Below, piece by piece: positions 59,398-64,000 of a DNA stretch of 64,000 nucleotides. How positions within the stretch are numbered: the first letter of the stretch is position 1; the number at the start of each line of letters is the position of its first letter. Location of the stretch: assembly GCA_020137815.1 (NCBI GenBank), contig CM035352.1, positions 1,364,001 to 1,428,000 of the forward strand, in the 5' to 3' direction. The position numbers were made by a program, and so were the translations under genes. The notes beneath the pieces were generated by a model that worked only from the letters and a program-made list of their open reading frames with translations, made no database searches and was not told the origin of the DNA. The DNA is from Hormiphora californensis (taxonomy: Eukaryota; Animalia; Ctenophora).

Positions 59398-59924
59398 ACT
59401 GCAGCTGACATAGAACCAGCTGATGAGACGATGATGTTTTGATGAATAGATACATGAGACATGAGATGGTTTAGATCTTTGTTGTAGCAGAATTTCACAG
59501 ACACTCAGATAGCGAAGGGGACCGTTCTGATTGTGTAGCTGTAGGGTTCGGCAGAGGAACGTTCAGAGAGAAATGATGATGTGAGCAATTGGTAAAGACT
59601 GTTGTGTGCAGAACATTCTAGAGAAGCTTCTCTCTTCTAGAAGTAGTCAGTAGACATAATATTATGGTATAACATAGGGACTACAGTTAGAAATATACTT
59701 CATCTTTTCGATCTACCGATGAATGGTCAAAATGTGGGAAAACTCACAATATACAGACTCTTGTCAACAATTTATAGTTTGTTAAATTGGTACAGTCGTT
59801 ATATATTAATATTATTAAAGATCAGTCAGTATTGTATTAGGTTGGTTTGTTGAACGCCACACACACGCGTTGTCAAGTGTTTGTCATCGTCATCTAGTGT
59901 CTGTCAGATCATACCGCATGGAGA

Positions 59925-61508
59925 TCAGGAAGTTAGCTTCTCAGAGGGCACTCTCATTCGTCGCCCCATTGTGCGGGCTTTGGTGTCAGGCAGGAACCGG
60001 GCATCTTTACGGCTAACCACCTGAAGAAGGGGGGTGTTAGCCACTTGATAAAGGGTATGTATAATACCGGTATCATGTCGTTACAAACTCAACCCAGATC
60101 CCTACCCACACACGGACGCCCCTGTTGAGTAACACACCCCACACATAATTCATACCTGTCCAGATGCTTGTATGGCAATGGGATATTTAAGGATATTTGA
60201 TTCTGTTACAGATCCTTCCTCGCTACTGGCGAAACATCTCCAGTTCTCGTTAGCAAGGCGGTTTAGCTCCCGTACACAACCTATAAATAGTACAGTTGCT
60301 AACAAACAAACAAACAAACAAATACACACCCAAACAAACAAACAAGCAAACAAACAAACAAACAAACAAACAAACAAACAAACAAACAAACAAACAAACA
60401 AACAAACATACCCAAACAAACAAAAAACCAAACAAACAAAAAACCAAACAAACACACTCAGACAAACAAACCTATGCGGTGAGGTCGTCGGAATGAGGGG
60501 CTGGTAATACCGGTGTGTTCAGCCCACAGAGACAATCTAAACTGGTGAACCTTCCCGGACAGGTGGGGAGCTTCCTCTGGTAATCTGGCCTGGAGAGGTA
60601 ACATGTCATTTATAAATGAAATTAATAATTGTAGGCTTCGGTACTGTTTAGATACAGTACCGAAGCCTATAATTATCAATTTGAGTGTGACGTGGTTGCC
60701 ATGACACCTACCGGAGTGTGACGTGGTTGCCATGACACCTACCGGAGTGTGACGTGGTTGCCATGACACCTACCTGAGTGTGACGTGATTGCCATGACAC
60801 CTACCTGAGTGTGACGTGGTTGCCATGACAACTACCTGCGTGTGGCGGGGTTGCCATGACACATACCTGAGTGTGACGTGGTTGCCATGACACCTACCTG
60901 AGTGTGACGTGGTTGCCATGACACCTACCTGAGTGTGATGGGGTTGCCATGACACCTACCTGAGTGTGACGGGGTTGCCATGACACCTACCTGAGTGTGA
61001 CGGGGTTGCCATGACAACTACCTGAGTGTGACGTGGTTGCCATGCTCCAATTGCTATCTCAGTGTTCCTTTTGCCACTCAGACTTCTCTGACAGATTCCC
61101 CCTCCCGTAACAAGTACATACTCGTCATCAGCAATAAACACTGTTCCACAGACACCGATCTGGCTCCTAAAGATCACAGGATAAGACGATAAATATTAAA
61201 TGGAATAGGGAGGTCACAGGGTGAGACGATAATTTGAAAAGGGCTTTACGAAAGAAGGTTAATAACTACCGAGCATTTTTAGCAGCATCTGGGATGCTTT
61301 TCTTCTTCTTCTTCTTCTCTTTCCCTTCTTTCTCCTCCTCCTTATCTTCCTCTTCTTCATCTTCTTCCTCAGGGAAGTTAACCTCACTAAGAGGCACACG
61401 GATACCGAGTGCATAGAAATTCAGATAGTCCGTAACCCGGGCTCCGACCGGCCCTTTTTTAGTTATCGCCTTGGCAACCATCTTGTACATCATATCCATG
61501 GTTTGGGT
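59925..61508 (-). CDS. Plant-type (PLD_C domain) phospholipase D-like gene, 3' part, with degenerate second HKD motif; exons 61508-61270, 61166-61022, 60589-60472, 60280-60156, 60020-59925
   Basis: 'QTMDMMYKMVAKAI..DYLNFYALG', 'IGVCGTVFIADDEY..QRSLSGKRNTEIAIGAWQPRH', 'GKVHQFRLSLWAEH', 'CVRELNRLANENW', 'ILKYPI', 'LPD..KLTS*'. Confidence 0.88.
60682..61044 (-). repeat. 31-bp minisatellite (12 copies) spanning the PLD exon/intron donor junction
   Basis: Sense unit catggcaaccacgtcacactcag|gtaggtgt; period 31. Confidence 0.95.
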
Positions 61509-61519
61509 CTGAGAAGGAG

Positions 61520-63430
61520 GGGAAGTTTTGCAAAGGACCCTGGACCGTGACAAAACGAAATTCGCGGAAACTTGAACATATACCGGCACGTAAGCGAAAG
61601 GTTAAAATCTCACCACAGCCGTGCCCCAAATGTTTTTCCCCTTGCTAAGGACCACAAGGCCGGGTTTCCAAATGTTAAACTGAGGCTGGTTCAACCAGTG
61701 AGAGGAGGGGCAGCAGAGAAACTAGACCTCATCGTCAGCAAAGTATTAACTCAAATACTACCAAATCTAACACACCGAGTATCAAGTGCCGATGTTTTCA
61801 TTAACTCTTGCCTCATCCCACTACAAAACTCACTCCCTGCTAACACCCACCAATCTAGTTTCGACATGGAGAATATGTACCCCTCGATACCAACTGATGA
61901 CAGAGCTATGGATCTAGTATTACATTATGTGAGAAATACTCCTAACATAGATCTGTTAGGCTTCAACCCCGAGCACATCATCCAAATGCTCAGGTTCGTA
62001 ACTAGCCATACGTACATTCAAAGTGGAGGCAATTTCTACCGTCAGATTACTGGAATTGGTACAGGATACCATAGTTCAGGAGCCTATGCTGAGATCATTG
62101 TGGACCATCTATACAACCGGACACTGGACGTGACGCCCGATGAAGAGAAACCTCTCTCACTGGCTACCTATGTCGACGACAGTCATAGCCTATGGACCAA
62201 ACGTGAACACTGTGACAAATTCATTGAAAAACTCGGAAACATCTGGTCATCAGTAAAATTTACAAGAGAAGAGGCAACAGAACCAGCAATAGGAGTCTCC
62301 GAAATCTCTTTTCTCGACCTGACCGTTAGAACCACCAACAACGGAGGAGAAACATCTCTAACGTGGGAACTCTTTCAGAAGAGCACCCACAGTGGAAGCT
62401 ACCTCAACTATCACTCCCACTGTGCAGAAGTTATAAAACTAAATATAATCCGCACAGAAACAAAACGCATCCTCAACAGGTGTTCCACAGTTGACCTAGC
62501 ATTCCCTCACCTTGAAAAACTGAGGGAAAATCTAGTCAACTCAGGCTACCCGATAAAAACTGTTAGCTTGGAAATTGCGAAGCAGTTATCCACCCCGACT
62601 ACAAGCCCGGCTCCACCAGATGATGAAAAATCCAACAAAATATACATCATGAAACTGCCATACACCAATGAGGGTGCCCTACGAAAGGTGAAGAAAGCAG
62701 TTAAAGAATCTGGGCTGCCGATCCGTGTGGTAACATCTTCGGGAAGAACTGTTGCTAGCTTGGTGAAAAACCATTACAACAACAGAGAAGAAAACAGTCA
62801 AAACTGTGAATGCGAGCTGCATCAACATGGCATTCCATGCTCGACGGAAAACGTAGTGTACCGTGCTTCGTGCAACCTATGCAACAACGGTACCTACATA
62901 GGTGTGACAAGCCGACCTCTGAAACACCGGATCGCCGAGCACGAGACTCACACCAGATTGGGACATGTGGACTGCTCCGCAGTAGCAGAACACGCTAATG
63001 AGATGCACCCGGAGCTCATATACGGACAAGCAGGGAGAAGGGAATACGATGCATTCTTCAATATTTTCAATTTTGATATAATAAATAAGGGTAGAGACCC
63101 CATAGATGCCTATCTCAGAGAGAGCCGTGCCATTACACGACTAAGGCCACCACTAAACAAAATGTGCAACAACGGGTTCATTTTTTAGTATTTTGTTATA
63201 ATATTTAATGTGTAAATTAATGTAAATAAGAGTTTTTTATGAAGGAGCAGTATCGTTTTTGTTTTTGTTTTTGTTTTTGGCTTCTGTTTATGTTGTGTGT
63301 GTTTGCCGTTTGGTCCAGTCTTTTACAATTTTGTCCCCTATGTACATATTGATGTCTTATGTAATGTGCTAATGTAAATTCCCCCATAGCATTATTGATA
63401 ATGGCCGTACAGCCGAAACGTCTAATAAAT
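61520..63430 (+). mobile_element. Penelope-like retroelement (RT plus GIY-YIG endonuclease), 5'-truncated copy; ORF 61572-63188; lies antisense in a PLD intron
   Basis: RT motifs 'SFDMENMYPSIP', 'FYRQITGIGTG..S', 'YVDD', 'ISFLDL'; GIY-YIG with CCHH 'NVVYRASCNLC..YIGVTSRPLKHRIAEH..SAVAEH..RESRAI..LN'. Confidence 0.95.
63391..63426 (+). ncRNA. Minimal type-I hammerhead ribozyme in the Penelope pLTR (U3-A8 variant)
   Basis: atta-TTGATAA-t-ggc cgtaca gcc-GAAA-c-GTC-taat; stem I atta/taat, stem III palindromic acgt; AATAAA overlaps its 3' end. Confidence 0.7.
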
Positions 63431-64000
63431 GAGCGTCTTCGATGTCATATCGCACCCTCCAACACTATTGGTGTGAACAATGAAACCAAGATATACTACC
63501 CCACCAGCCTCCACCATCTCCAAATATGTTATCCGGGTAACACCCGAGTCGAGGCTCTGGTTGGTAGGGTGATGACTCGAAGCGAGCGACTAGGAAAGAT
63601 ATCCCAACAAATTACCTTCCTTCAAAAACTCCGCCACAATGGCTTGCTACCAAAGCATCTTTCCAGTTTACGCCTCCCAAAACTGTTTAGTCCACGACGA
63701 GAAACTAACGTGACAGGGCCATTCTCATCCATAATACCAGGGACAGCCTACTCATTCTCTAAACAGCACGCAAAATGGACTAGAAGAAGAGATGACTTTC
63801 TTAGATTCACCCTCAAAATGGAAATCTCCGAAAAGCATTCACTCATGAAGATCTACGAAACGACTCTAGAAACGGACATAGCCTCCTTATCTCAACTTGT
63901 CAGTCCACGACAACTCCATTCGATCACAATGTCTGCTAATAGCCGCAGACACGAGGCGTTAAACAACTCCTACCAATCCCATCAAAGAAAATTCAACTCA
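63401..64000 (+). CDS. N-terminus of the ORF of a second, tandem Penelope copy (runs off the window)
   Basis: Open from ATG 63401 to the window end: MAVQPKRLINERLRC...QQITFLQKLRHNGLLPKHL..., resembling the PLE N-terminal 'FL....L.PK' motif. Confidence 0.75.
   Translation, partial: MAVQPKRLINERLRCHIAPSNTIGVNNETKIYYPTSLHHLQICYPGNTRVEALVGRVMTRSERLGKISQQITFLQKLRHNGLLPKHLSSLRLPKLFSPRRETNVTGPFSSIIPGTAYSFSKQHAKWTRRRDDFLRFTLKMEISEKHSLMKIYETTLETDIASLSQLVSPRQLHSITMSANSRRHEALNNSYQSHQRKFNS

Overview
Eukaryotic, intron-rich, repeat-rich animal genomic DNA, most likely a ctenophore (Pleurobrachia-like). This is inferred from a lineage-typical extracellular domain ('PLQIKTNS...VQPP...WTIRKT...CNGVEVL') and a dispersed 109-bp hAT MITE. 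Most genes are spliced and largely invisible in the ORF track, so I reconstructed them by hand from GT-AG junctions. Plus strand: formin 3' part, BCKDK-like kinase, a small secreted amidated-peptide precursor, and a B-box/coiled-coil gene fragment. Minus strand: NUDT14-like gene with insertion frameshifts, ZDHHC9/14/18-like palmitoyltransferase, an 82-aa membrane microprotein, a 148-aa orphan, a divergent actin-related protein, a Cys-rich membrane protein, sushi-domain gene fragments, an intronless histidine phosphatase, and the 3' part of a plant-type phospholipase D with a degenerate HKD motif. There is also an intronic tRNA-Asn(GTT). Mobile DNA includes a tandem Penelope-like retroelement with a hammerhead ribozyme, three Helentron-like non-autonomous elements (two nested, carrying 163-bp arrays), a 2.3-kb Mutator-type foldback, a tRNA-derived SINE and several MITEs. 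The most notable observations are the candidate neuropeptide precursor, repeated tandem multiplication of exact splice junctions in unrelated genes, the pseudo-catalytic plant-type PLD, and an operon-like layout suggestive of trans-splicing. Two stretches (~17340-18160 and ~19140-20520) look like low-quality assembly sequence.
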